A DNA stretch of 64,000 bases from a virus (IMGVR_UViG_2857375656_000002:1302-65301); one strand, 5' to 3'. Counted from the stretch's first letter, positions 9,833 to 19,160 are shown. A program made the numbers and translations. The notes: generated from the sequence alone by a model not told the origin.

Positions 9833-10161
9833 GTCACGACCTCGAAGGTTTGTTGGCGGTTTTTCCAGGTGCCGGCGAAGCGCAACAACAAGCCGGCACC
9901 TTGGCGGGTGGCGACGATGACCTGGGGTTGGAAATCGCCGATGCCGTTCTGCGCGTTATAGAACGCTTGGGCGGCGTGGCTTTGGGCGAGAATCAGCAGG
10001 TCGTCGCCGAGGTTCTGGCCGAGCAGTTGCGGGATCTGCGAGCCGTACAGCGGGCGTTTTTGGCGAGTGCCCACGGGGGTGGTCAGCGCTCGGGTGGCGC
10101 GCTGCACGAATTGCAGCCAGTCATCAACGGCTGCGCCGGTGTTCCTGTCGATTCCGATCAT
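9829..10161 (-). CDS. Baseplate wedge protein (GpW/gp25-like)
   Basis: MIGIDRNTG...ALTTPVGTRQKRPLYGS. Confidence 0.85.
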   Translation of the reverse strand: MIGIDRNTGAAVDDWLQFVQRATRALTTPVGTRQKRPLYGSQIPQLLGQNLGDDLLILAQSHAAQAFYNAQNGIGDFQPQVIVATRQGAGLLLRFAGTWKNRQQTFEVVT

Positions 10162-10170
10162 GCGGTGTCC

Positions 10171-10782
10171 TTATCGGGGGCTGATGACGCGGCCTTGGTG
10201 GTCCACTACGGGGCCGCTGAAGTGTGCGCCGCCGGCATCGAGCAACAGGCGGGTGCCGCCGATTTGCAGGGTGATGCCCTGGGCGCTCATGGTCAGGCTG
10301 GCGGCGCCGACCTTGACGTCGACCTGCTCGCGGGAGCCGGTAAAGGTGGTGGGGCCGTTGACCCAGTTGAACGTGTGGCTGGCGTCGTCGTAATCGCTTT
10401 GAGTGCCGTCCTGATGGCGGCGCCGGGTCAAGCTGGCAACGCTGGAGACCGGCGGAAACTGACTAGTGTTCAGGCCGAACAAGGCCACAGACTGGCCGCC
10501 GCCTTCGCCGCCGCCGTAGTTGAGCAACAGGCATTGTTCGCCCACGGACGGAATGCGCGTTTCAGTCTGTGCACCGGCGCTGGGGTTGAAAAAACGGATG
10601 GCCGGCGTGAGCAACTCACCGTGGCTGACCTTGCAGGTATTGCTGGCGGCGTCGACCTCCTGACACACGCCAATGCGGCAGAAGCTTTCGGCACGCCGGT
10701 AAAGGTCTTCAAGCTGGGTTTCCATTTCCACCAGGCGCTCTACGATCGGCCCCAGTTGCATGCGTAACAGCGCGTCGAACAT
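10171..10782 (-). CDS. Baseplate spike protein V
   Basis: RIPSVGEQCLLL...HDHQ-like metal-binding tip (VVDHQG). Confidence 0.85.
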   Translation of the reverse strand: MFDALLRMQLGPIVERLVEMETQLEDLYRRAESFCRIGVCQEVDAASNTCKVSHGELLTPAIRFFNPSAGAQTETRIPSVGEQCLLLNYGGGEGGGQSVALFGLNTSQFPPVSSVASLTRRRHQDGTQSDYDDASHTFNWVNGPTTFTGSREQVDVKVGAASLTMSAQGITLQIGGTRLLLDAGGAHFSGPVVDHQGRVISPR

Positions 10783-10785
10783 GGG

Positions 10786-11301
10786 CTACTCCGCCAGGGG
10801 TTTGTATTGATCGGGGTCGTTGATGTTCGAGACTTCCCAGGTGCGGGCGAACAGCGGTTGACCTGTGGGATCGGTGAGTAATACAGGTCCCAAGTAAAGG
10901 GTTTGGGTGAAGGAAACGGTCCAGGTGTCGTAGTCCGTTTCCGCCGTGGTGCGCACAGACGGCGCGGCGACGATATTCATCGGCAAATCACACTGTGCCT
11001 GCGGCAGGTTCCAGCGGTTATCCAGCACCAGGTCCATCAGTTGGCTGGCCAGGTCGCACGCATCAAATGGCAATGCCCCGGGCGCAACCATGGCCTTGAG
11101 CGAAAGGGTCAACGCGTGAGCCTTGCGCCCTTCTCGGGAGCGAATGCCGGGGCCATTGCCCTCGACCGTGATCAATACGCCGGTGTTATCCCCGGTGCCG
11201 TTAAAGTCCTGGTGATTGCCGATCTTCAGGTCCGGGAAGGCCGCTTGCAGCGACTCGCCAATGGCGAGGGGCAGTTGAGAGGGCTTTTCGATGAGCATCA
11301 T
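10786..11301 (-). CDS. Tail terminator/completion-like protein
   Basis: YDTWTVSFTQTLYLG motif; first structural gene after holin; start trimmed to 11301. Confidence 0.65.
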   Translation of the reverse strand: MMLIEKPSQLPLAIGESLQAAFPDLKIGNHQDFNGTGDNTGVLITVEGNGPGIRSREGRKAHALTLSLKAMVAPGALPFDACDLASQLMDLVLDNRWNLPQAQCDLPMNIVAAPSVRTTAETDYDTWTVSFTQTLYLGPVLLTDPTGQPLFARTWEVSNINDPDQYKPLAE

Positions 11302-11324
11302 TTTAAGTAGCGTCCTTGCAACAG

Positions 11325-11663
11325 TTACTGCGGGTCCTGACGGGAGTTTTCGTTGATTCCGATGCGCTTGGCCGCCCACCGCTCATACAGGCCGATGGCT
11401 ACATCGGCACCGGCCATGGCAGTCAGGCAACCGATGGCGCCGGCTGTCCAGATCGACATGCCGGCGGCGTAGCACAGCATCAGCGCTGAAACGCCGCACA
11501 CCATGCAGGCCCCGGAGCGCAGGGCCAGACGGCGGATCAGCGACCAACCCCGTGCGCCCTCTTTGTCGGCGCGCCACATTTCACCGGATACCCCGCCGAT
11601 CACTGCCAATACGATGACCAGCCAGATAGGCATTTCCGCTAACGCTTGCTGTTCATTTGTCAT
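11325..11663 (-). CDS. Tailocin holin (LydA-like, 3 TM)
   Basis: MTNEQQALAEMPIWLVIVLAVIGGVSGEMWRADK...; start trimmed to 11663. Confidence 0.85.
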   Translation of the reverse strand: MTNEQQALAEMPIWLVIVLAVIGGVSGEMWRADKEGARGWSLIRRLALRSGACMVCGVSALMLCYAAGMSIWTAGAIGCLTAMAGADVAIGLYERWAAKRIGINENSRQDPQ

Positions 11664-11733
11664 GTCACGCCTCCTGGCTGAGCAATAGATAGTCCGTTTT
11701 TCATTTACAAATGCTTCGATAGGTAGGCATTCC

Positions 11734-11758
11734 AAAAAGCCCGGTCGCCCGGGCTTTT
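11734..11758 (-). terminator. Intrinsic terminator in the tailocin leader, upstream of holin
   Basis: AAAAGCCCGG-GCGA-CCGGGCTTTTT. Confidence 0.7.
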
Positions 11759-11963
11759 CAGTAATGCGGTCCAGATTCGGTCTTTCGGCGCTACTGGCGC
11801 GGTACGGACCTTTCCTCAATGTTTTTCCGACCACGATCCCTGTCTGCCGGATAACTGCTTCTGGTGCTTTACGCTGCACACCCGGGTCAGTTGCCAACCC
11901 TCTGAACCGTTATTAGGCCGGTTCATCGCTGCCTGTTTTTGAAGCGTTGAAACTAAAGAGCGT

Positions 11964-12070
11964 CGGCATCCTTGCCGCTGTTGCCTGGCATCCCTGCCAT
12001 CGCTTCGATGGCGTCCTTGCCGATGTTGCGTGCCGTCCTTGTCACTTTCCTTGGCAGCATCCTTGCCGCC
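11964..12070 (-). repeat. Array of six ANGGA motifs, several in hairpin loops (RsmA/CsrA-site-like)
   Basis: Minus strand CGGCA-AGGA-TGCCG, TGGCA-GGGA-TGCCA, GGC-AAGGAC-GCC plus three further CAAGGA motifs. Confidence 0.65.
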
Positions 12071-12100
12071 TCCACCACCTTGTTGGCTGGCTTGAGACGA

Positions 12101-12129
12101 AGAATATGCATGTATGCATATACAGTCAA
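12101..12129 (-). promoter_or_regulatory. Sigma70-like promoter of tailocin operon overlapped by a near-consensus LexA box (12110-12125)
   Basis: TTGACT-17 nt-TATTCT; CTGTATATGCATACAT is one mismatch from CTGT-N8-ACAG. Confidence 0.55.
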
Positions 12130-12216
12130 TGCACAAATGCATTTATTTTTGCCGTGGAAATGCATGCGTGCATTCGCGGCCTTGCGGGCAGAGGGCTTGG
12201 TGGTTTTCTGCAGGCG

Positions 12217-12243
12217 AAAAAAAGCCCGCGCAATGGCGGGCGT
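12217..12243 (-). terminator. Terminator after prtR-like gene
   Basis: GCCCGC-CATTGC-GCGGGC followed by T7. Confidence 0.7.
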
Positions 12244-12260
12244 TGTCTTACGTAAGGAGG

Positions 12261-12995
12261 TTAACGGGCGTACATGCCCCACCAGAACACATGACCGAGG
12301 ATGCTGATCTGCTCATCCTGGATATCCTGGAAACTGTAGTCCTCGTCCGGGTGTTCATCGCGATTGAAGCTGCGCAAGCGAATCCCGGTAGGCAGGCGGT
12401 AGAGCTGTTTCACCCGTAACTGGCCATTGTGGTTGATGGCATACAAATCGCCATCGACGATATCGCCAATGCCACTCTTGCCTGCGTTCACCCCGACCGT
12501 GGCGCCGTCGCGCAGCACCGGCAACATACTGTTGCCGCGCACCGTCACACACTTGGCCTGGTCGAACTGCACACCGTTATGCCGCAAGCTGCGCTTGCCG
12601 AACCGCAGGCTGGCCTTCTCGCTTTCCTCGATGACGAATCTTCCTGATCCAGCAGCCAATTCAACCTCGCGCAGAAAGGGGATCGACACCTCGTCATCAT
12701 TAACGGGCGTGTCGTCGTCCCACAGGCTTATGTCCTTGAGTTCCGAATGCATCGGGTCGCGCCCGTCATCGCGCAAAGCCCCCGCCGCCGCGCGCCCGCG
12801 CAGGTGGTCGGTGCTGACGCGAAAGTACTCGGCGATGCGCGAGATGTGCTTGTCCGACGGGTCAACGATCTTGCCGCTGAGGATCCGCGAGAGTGTGGAT
12901 TGAGGCACGCCGGTACGCCGGTGAAGCTCCGTGGGGGAGATCCGGTCGCGGTCCAGCAGTTCTCTTAAGACGATAGAAACGTTGCGTTTTTGCAT
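12261..12995 (-). CDS. prtR: PrtR-like XRE/S24 autocleaving repressor of the tailocin
   Basis: N-terminal HTH (GVPQSTLSRILSG), AAG cleavage site, VRGNSM Ser and RVKQL Lys of S24 peptidase. Confidence 0.85.
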   Translation of the reverse strand: MQKRNVSIVLRELLDRDRISPTELHRRTGVPQSTLSRILSGKIVDPSDKHISRIAEYFRVSTDHLRGRAAAGALRDDGRDPMHSELKDISLWDDDTPVNDDEVSIPFLREVELAAGSGRFVIEESEKASLRFGKRSLRHNGVQFDQAKCVTVRGNSMLPVLRDGATVGVNAGKSGIGDIVDGDLYAINHNGQLRVKQLYRLPTGIRLRSFNRDEHPDEDYSFQDIQDEQISILGHVFWWGMYAR

Positions 12996-13037
12996 AACGC
13001 GGATAGTGCCGGGAGTTTTAAGGGTTGGCAAATGCTA

Positions 13038-13058
13038 ATTTGCATAATTTATGCAAAT
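13038..13058. promoter_or_regulatory. Perfect palindrome upstream of prtR-like gene (candidate operator)
   Basis: ATTTGCATAA-T-TTATGCAAAT. Confidence 0.5.
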
Positions 13059-13373
13059 CAGAAAGCTACAGCCAAAATGTCAGTAAACGATGGGGGACTG
13101 GACACTCATCAACTTCAAAGTCTGAGAGGCTGTTATCAGCCAAAAGCAGTCATTCATCTGACCTTCAAACAAGGGGTATTTATACGGAGAACGACAATCG
13201 AGAAATTATGAGGCACCGGCGGTCGGACTCGTCTCAAGCACCGCTCTGGAAGGCCGATACCACAGGTGTTAATTTGCGCGGCTCCGGCCACGAACCGGAA
13301 CCGCAGACAGGGATGTTTGGACGTCTTTCACGCCCAACCAGGCGTGCCTAATTTCTGTCATGAGTATCATCCG

Positions 13374-14996
13374 ATGCTGCAAAGATCCCTAAGAACCCAA
13401 ATCCTCGCGCTGCTGAGCGGCAGCCTGTTGGCGATGTTGCTGATTGCTTTGGCATGCTTTCATTTCCTGTCCAGCGGGGTGCAAAACTACGCCAACCTAA
13501 TCGAAGGTCCGCTGCACACGTCGCAATTGATCGACGAAGCCAACCTGCAATTCAAGGTGCAGGTACAGGAATGGAAAAACGTATTACTACGGGGCAAGCA
13601 GCCGGCAGACCTGGATAAATATTGGAAGCAATTCGAAGAACGTCAGCGCGACGTGCAGGGGATCCTCGGCGAATTGGCTAACCAAAATGGCCTGGACGGC
13701 CAACTCAAGGCCCGCATCGAACGCCTGCGTGACGAACACCGTCAGCTGGGAAGCGCTTACCAGAAAGGTCGCGATGCCTATATCGCCGCGGGTGCAGACC
13801 CCACTGCTGGCGACGCCGCCGTTAAAGGCGTCGACCGTGCTACCAGCGACCAGATGAGCGAACTTGTCGGCGAACTGCGCAAACAGGGCACCGAGCAATC
13901 GACGCTGATCAGCGCTGCTGCAAAACGCACGGTGATGCTGGGGATTATCGTAATGCTCACCTCGGGTCTGTTGATCGGCCTGTTGAGCCTGTGGCTCATC
14001 AACCGCAACTTGGTTGACCCCATCCGCAAGCTGATCGACTACGTGGCGCAACTGAGCCAAGGCAAACTGACCGAACGCGTGGTCAGTAGCCGTGAAGACG
14101 AGTTGGGCAAACTGGCCATGGCCGCCAACACCTTGCGCGACTTTCTCGCCGAAACCTTCAACCGCTTGCAGCGCAGCGCCAAGGATCTGGACAGCGCAAG
14201 TGGCGAGTTAAACGCCATCGCCGGTCTCATGGCCAGCGGTACCAACGAGCAGTTCAACCGTACCGATCAGGTGGCTACGGCGATGAACGAAATGTCCGCC
14301 ACCGCCCAGGAAGTGGCTCGTCACGCAGCCGATGCCGCACGCGCTGCCGATGATGCCGACCAATCCGCGCAGCAGGGCGAAAAAGTCATGCGGGGCACCA
14401 TTCACACCATCACCCAAATGCGTGGCGAGATCGCCAACACAGCCACGGTGATCCGTCGCCTGGAAACCGACAGTGGCCGCATCGGCAAGGTGCTGGAAGT
14501 GATACGCGGCATCGCCGAACAGACTAATTTGCTGGCGCTGAACGCGGCGATCGAAGCGGCCCGCGCCGGTGAAGCCGGACGCGGTTTTGCGGTCGTGGCC
14601 GACGAAGTGCGAAGCCTGGCCCAGCGCACAGCGGCGTCGATCATCGAAATCAACCAGATCATCCAAACGGTGCAAACCGGCGCGGTGGACGCGGCTCAGG
14701 CGATTGAAAGTGGCCAGTCGCGCAGTGAAGAAAGTGTCGCGCAAGTGAATGAGGCCGGCGCCATGCTGGAGCGCATCACCCATGCCGTGGAAGCCATTCG
14801 CGACATGAACCGCCAGATTGCCACCGCCGCCGAAGAGCAAACCTCGGTGGCGGAAGACATCTCGCGCAACCTCACCGAAATCACCACGATTGCCAGCACC
14901 AACCTGGACAACATGCAGCGCACCGAAGCGGCAAGCCGCAACCTTCACGGGTTGTCAGGGCAGTTGAATGAAGTGACGGCACGCCTGAGTGCTTAG
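13374..14996 (+). CDS. Methyl-accepting chemotaxis protein (4HB sensor, HAMP, MA domain)
   Basis: Two TM segments, [47 protein letters not shown]. Confidence 0.95.
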   Translation: MLQRSLRTQILALLSGSLLAMLLIALACFHFLSSGVQNYANLIEGPLHTSQLIDEANLQFKVQVQEWKNVLLRGKQPADLDKYWKQFEERQRDVQGILGELANQNGLDGQLKARIERLRDEHRQLGSAYQKGRDAYIAAGADPTAGDAAVKGVDRATSDQMSELVGELRKQGTEQSTLISAAAKRTVMLGIIVMLTSGLLIGLLSLWLINRNLVDPIRKLIDYVAQLSQGKLTERVVSSREDELGKLAMAANTLRDFLAETFNRLQRSAKDLDSASGELNAIAGLMASGTNEQFNRTDQVATAMNEMSATAQEVARHAADAARAADDADQSAQQGEKVMRGTIHTITQMRGEIANTATVIRRLETDSGRIGKVLEVIRGIAEQTNLLALNAAIEAARAGEAGRGFAVVADEVRSLAQRTAASIIEINQIIQTVQTGAVDAAQAIESGQSRSEESVAQVNEAGAMLERITHAVEAIRDMNRQIATAAEEQTSVAEDISRNLTEITTIASTNLDNMQRTEAASRNLHGLSGQLNEVTARLSA

Positions 14997-15633
14997 CCGG
15001 ACCGTTAGCGGTTAGATCGGCTTCAGGCTGAGCAGTGTTGGAAGACCGAGCCCCGTATTTCATAGCCTTACACGGGGCAATGCTCAGACCAAAGACTCTC
15101 AGCATTTGCGTGACCTTGCGGCGGTGATACCTAATCGACGAAACGTAGGCTTTTTTTGCGGGCACGCTGGACAGCTTTTTTGCCAGGCTCTTTTGGCAGC
15201 AACTGCGTTAGATCCGATAATCGCGTCTCCGCTTTTTCGAGCGCGTTGATTGAGTAGCGCTGCCAAACCTTTTCAACTGGCCACAGGTCATGTTCAGTCG
15301 ACCTCTCGCGACGGGCATCTTTTGTCCGTTTCCACTTGATCAGTCGATTGATCGGTAGTGGCCTAAAGCTGCTTTCACCTTTAAGCCACTGACCAGGGCT
15401 CTTATCTTCAGGTGATCATTGGCGGGGCGTATCCCCCCGCATAGGCCCGCTGGCAACTGGCAAAGCAAAGAGGCCCCTCTTTTCCCAGTTGCACCCACCC
15501 CAGCACCACGCTACCCTCCTTCCCGTCGCTGCCAATTCAGCGACCGGGCCTGAGAACCCGGCAAGATGCAGGCGCACCAAGCGCCCCCAAACCCGATTTG
15601 CAGGCGTTTTTTTTCGCCTCACAATTCGTGCAA

Positions 15634-15710
15634 TGGCGGCTGTGCGTGGGAGACCTTCGGGTCTGCCGGGTTCCTGTATCTCCGGTTTCTCAGCCTGCGC
15701 ACAGCTGCCA
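15634..15710 (+). ncRNA. C4 antisense-like RNA
   Basis: Closing stem TGGCGGCTGTGCG/CGCACAGCTGCCA, AGACC-TTCG-GGTCT hairpin; loops complementary to CTGAGAACCCGG at 15550-15561 and GCCTGAGAAC at 15718-15727. Confidence 0.65.
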
Positions 15711-15765
15711 CCCATTCGCCTGAGAACGAACGTGGTAGCTCTCCACTGATATGGGAGTTTTACCG

Positions 15766-16047
15766 ATGACCGCTACAGATCCGTCTGCGTTAACCACCCT
15801 CGGCGTCACCCCCTTCTCCTTTCATTCCGACCAACCGCTATTCCGTGTCAACAGCGGTGTTTCCCTGCACGAAGCCTTGCACCATGCCTCCGACCTCCTC
15901 CATGTCGCCAAGCAGCTCGCAGAAGATGCGGCGATGACCAGGGAGACGGACCGTTACGCCTGGGCGTCGCATTACTTGCAGGAGATGGTGAAAGCGGTGG
16001 TTGATGATGCAGTGAAGGTGTTGGATTCGCCCGGCAACATTCAGTAA
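15766..16047 (+). CDS. DUF3077-like small protein
   Basis: TTLGVTPFS...LFRVNSGVSLHEALHHASDLLHVAKQLA. Confidence 0.75.
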   Translation: MTATDPSALTTLGVTPFSFHSDQPLFRVNSGVSLHEALHHASDLLHVAKQLAEDAAMTRETDRYAWASHYLQEMVKAVVDDAVKVLDSPGNIQ

Positions 16048-16058
16048 GGGGCAACCGT

Positions 16059-16099
16059 AAAAAAGGGCGGCGCTTTATATAAAGGCACCGCCCTTTTTT
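16059..16099. terminator. Bidirectional intrinsic terminator
   Basis: AAAAAAGGGCGG...CCGCCCTTTTTT. Confidence 0.7.
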
Positions 16100-16422
16100 G
16101 TGTTTTACCTGGCCGTTTGCGACCTGCGAAGGGCCGACTTCACGTGTTAACCTTGCGCCCATCGCAACAAATGCTGGGCCAAGCGCCCAATGCCGTTTAG
16201 TTAAGCGCCCCCGATTGGGCACGATGTTGAGCTTTCGAACTTCAGCGATGCAGGGGCTGCGGCCTGCAGGTACAGCGCGGCGATCCCTTCGCAGCCTCGC
16301 TAAGGCTCGACAGCTCCCACATTCGGCCTGCGTCGTTTGGAAGCCTGCGCTGCGCAACTGATCGACACTGGACCACGCGCGCCCTTTGCCCCATCACTTT
16401 CAACGAATTTGCCTACTATCCA

Positions 16423-16476
16423 ATGAGTAAAAACACGTCCGATCTGTCTTCCCACACGCCGATGATGCAGCAGTAT
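16423..16476 (+). pseudogene. mutS: mutS 5' fragment (18 codons) cut off by prophage integration
   Basis: MSKNTSDLSSHTPMMQQY matches the MutS N-terminal HTPMMQQY motif; similarity stops after the Tyr codon and the frame ends at TAA 16531-16533. Confidence 0.88.
16455..16475. other. Left prophage attachment junction (core extent approximate)
   Basis: Host sequence ends at ...ATGATGCAGCAGTA; TGTCTAA/TTAGACA motifs at 16527 and 16594 may be arm sites; partner att is outside the window. Confidence 0.55.
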
Positions 16477-16629
16477 GGGCTGCGTTGGTTTGCAGGCCGT
16501 GAAATCCGCGGGATTGATAGCTTTTCTGTCTAAAACTCTAACGGTAGATAGCGCGTTTTTCGATCAATGAATACGGGGTAAGCTAAGGTAGTATTAGACA
16601 CAGGTTAAATCAACGGAATGAGGTGCTCC

Positions 16630-16869
16630 ATGGGGTGGAACAGTCACGTAGATCATGAGTTTCACAGCGATATCCAGGACTTGGTAGATGAGGGGCTTCT
16701 GGAAGAGGGGTCTAGAGAGCACGGCATTGCACTTTTTGCTTGCGATAATGGATACGAAAATTTGTCACCCGCACAAAAATCCGTCTTTGATCGGTTCGTA
16801 CTGCCTTCCTTGAAGCGCCGCAAGCAGCAGTTGGAGATTCAGCGGATCATCGACTCCAACCCAGAGTAA
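16630..16869 (+). CDS. Hypothetical protein (79 aa)
   Basis: GAGGTG RBS; MGWNSHVDHEFHSDIQDLVDEGLLEEGSREHGIALF... Confidence 0.7.
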   Translation: MGWNSHVDHEFHSDIQDLVDEGLLEEGSREHGIALFACDNGYENLSPAQKSVFDRFVLPSLKRRKQQLEIQRIIDSNPE

Positions 16870-17019
16870 TGACCCTAACGTATGCCCGGCAAGTTTGCAG
16901 GGCGGTCAGTTTTTGTTCAGGGCCAGCCTGCTGGCTACGTCGCTTTACAGGCCCGTAATTGGCCCGTCCTGCCGATCGAACACAAACCCAAAAACTCAGA
17001 ACAAAAGCGGGCTGCCTTT

Positions 17020-17274
17020 TCAGGCTTGGCCAACTTCCTCCAGCGCAGCATCCCCTCGAAGTCTGACCTCTTCTTTTATCTCCGCAATGAGCCTGGCAAT
17101 TGCGCGACTTGATCCCAACGTTTTTGGATCAACCCCGGCGACCGTCAACAATTCCTGCTGAGTCATAGGGTCGATCAGCTGAATGTTGAGTGAGTCATAC
17201 CTGATCGAGCACACGCACCTGGTGGGAAGGAACGTCGTCTCAATTATATGGCGTAACTCTAAGGTAGAGATCAT
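17020..17274 (-). CDS. DUF1652-like protein
   Basis: MISTLELRHIIETTFLPTRCVCS...SSRAIARLIAEIKEE. Confidence 0.75.
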   Translation of the reverse strand: MISTLELRHIIETTFLPTRCVCSIRYDSLNIQLIDPMTQQELLTVAGVDPKTLGSSRAIARLIAEIKEEVRLRGDAALEEVGQA

Positions 17275-17501
17275 CACGTGACCCTTTAAAACCAATGGAT
17301 AGAGGCCTTTCGGCGCGGCGATGTGGCTTAGGGAACCTAAATGTAAAAACGTTCAAGTTAGTACATGTTAGTTTGATTTTTGAGACGTGGTTCACGCATC
17401 GTAGCCACCCTGGCAGCCGCCGGTCGCATGGCCATGGAGCTTAGAAGGCAAAAGCATAGTTCGCCTGCTGCTACGCTGTTCACTCCACCAGAGGTACGCC
17501 A

Positions 17502-17711
17502 ATGCCCAATTCAGACCTGCTCCCTTCCCTGCTCTCCAAACTGTACGAAAACCAGTTGGCCCTTGAGGCTTCCATCATGGAGCTATCGAACTGGGTAGAG
17601 CAACGTGGCTCCGCCGATGTAGCCGAGAACGTGCGCGGCGCTCTCCACACCATTGATGAGAACGAGGAGTTCATCAAGCTGACTCTGGCGGTCCTCATGT
17701 CGCCCGAGTGA
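17502..17711 (+). CDS. Small Pseudomonas prophage protein
   Basis: MPNSDLLPSLLSKLYENQLALEASIMELSNWVEQRGS. Confidence 0.75.
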   Translation: MPNSDLLPSLLSKLYENQLALEASIMELSNWVEQRGSADVAENVRGALHTIDENEEFIKLTLAVLMSPE

Positions 17712-17736
17712 AGTTGATCTGGCGCTGAGCGCATCA

Positions 17737-18696
17737 CTACTTGCAAGCAACCGACCACAGCTGATCGAGCTTCGTGGTGTAGCTCTGGCTCATCATTTCC
17801 CGGCGCATTCCCCAGTCGGGGTTCGTCGGCACACTGGCCGACCGCAGCGTTCCCCTTCCCCACCGGTCGTTGATCTGGTCCAGCACGGTCATCACTCGGG
17901 TGGCCTCGGCCGGCTGAGACACCGCGAATAGATCGTCCGTGTATTCGCCTGGCTGGCACAGGTTGAGCAACATCACCTCGGCCTTGCTGTATTTGAAGCC
18001 TGGGCGAAAAATCCGATCAAGGGCATCGACTGCGGCCTTGGTCAGCAGGCGCACGTCATCAGTCGGATACGGCATATCCACCACTACCCCACTGGCATAC
18101 TTGGCCTCCTCCGGATTGAACATGCCCGTTCGGATGCAGACACGGACCTTTTTGCAGAGCGAGTTCTGCGCCCGGAGCTTTTCCGAGGCTCGCATCATGT
18201 AGGTGGCCACCGCCTCCTTGATCGGCGGCAGCTCGGTCAGGCGCTTTCCGAACATCCGGCTGCAGCAGATTTCCTGCTTGGGTGGGTCGGGCTCGTCCAG
18301 CTCGAGGCATGACGTGCCGGCCAGCTCCCGCGCAGTCTTCTCGATCACCACGCTGAATTTCTTGCGGAGCGTCCAGGGGTCGGCCTTGGCCAAATCCATC
18401 GCTGTCTTGATGCCCATCGTGTCCAGGTGAAGTTTCATCTTTCTGCCAACACCCCACACCTCCGAAACGTCGGTGTTGCGCAATACCCAGTCACGCTTTA
18501 CCGGGTCGGTGATATTCACTACACCACCGGTCTGGGCCTGCAAGCGCTTCGCTGTATGGTTGGCCAGCTTGGCCAGGGTCTTCGTGTGGGCCATTCCGAC
18601 GCCCACCGGGATTCCGGTGCACTGAAAGACCCGTGCGCGGATCTGGCGCCCGAGCACATCCAGGCCGGCAATACCGGTCAGGTCGGCGAAGGCCTC
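17737..18696 (-). pseudogene. umuC: rulB/umuC Y-family DNA polymerase V, 3' part (starts at catalytic Glu)
   Basis: EAFADLTG...GIPVGVGMAHTKTLAKLAN...VWGVGRK...MMSQSYTT; N-terminus missing. Confidence 0.9.
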
Positions 18697-18921
18697 ATAA
18701 ATGTAAAGAAAAGATGTCAACCCATGGACATGAGTGGAAGCGGCGCTAACTCTAGTTTTTCGCTGAATAAACCGTGTCCATAGATATCCACCTATGGAGT
18801 GCTTTCAGAGTCTAATTTGTCCATACCGAAATCTGCGGTCGACTGCGAACAGCAACTCTTCTGGCCTGATGGAATCATTCATGACAGGCAGCTATGAGCC
18901 AGCCGCGCGGTGGCCGGTGGC

Positions 18922-19160
18922 AACTCGGTGCATGGCGTGAAGCGAGCTAGGATTCAAACTATCCAAGGCAAGACCCGGGCCCTAGATGGTCACTAGGCCT
19001 AGGCGATGCTTGATGCGCTGGATAATACGTCGGTGAGAGGGCTACGTGATGGGGCGATTCTAGCCGTGTTGCTAGGCCTGCGCCGCGAAGAAGCTGCTCA
19101 ACAGCACGTCAATCACATGGTAGAACGCAGAGGCATCCGGCACCTAACGGTCCAGGGCAA
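18922..19160 (+). pseudogene. XerD-like tyrosine recombinase remnant
   Basis: NSVHGVKRARIQTIQGKTRALDGH*A*AMLDALDNTSVRGLRDGAILAVLLGLRREE...ERRGIRHLTVQGK, two in-frame stops, truncated. Confidence 0.75.

Larger units (their letters stand above)
1..12995 (-). other. R-type tailocin gene cluster (contractile tail, no head/terminase/replication genes), partial at left edge
   Basis: Co-oriented repressor, holin, baseplate V/W/J/I, fibres, sheath, tube, chaperone, tape measure, U, X, D genes with no capsid genes; lies upstream of the mutS 5' end, the usual tailocin site (mutS-cinA) in fluorescens-group pseudomonads. Confidence 0.88.

Noticed and set aside
11947-12419. Short ORFs in the prtR-holin gap as a prtN-like activator
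   Set aside because: None has an HTH or recognisable motif; they overlap promoter, palindromes and hairpins
12261-12995. Repressor of the large prophage
   Set aside because: It lies outside the mutS junction and heads the tailocin operon; the prophage has its own cI at 59702-60430
17737-18720. Functional UmuC starting at the ORF-track TTG (MTSFLYIYEAF)
   Set aside because: The first residues come from the inserted element; the N-terminal catalytic motifs and UmuD are deleted or displaced
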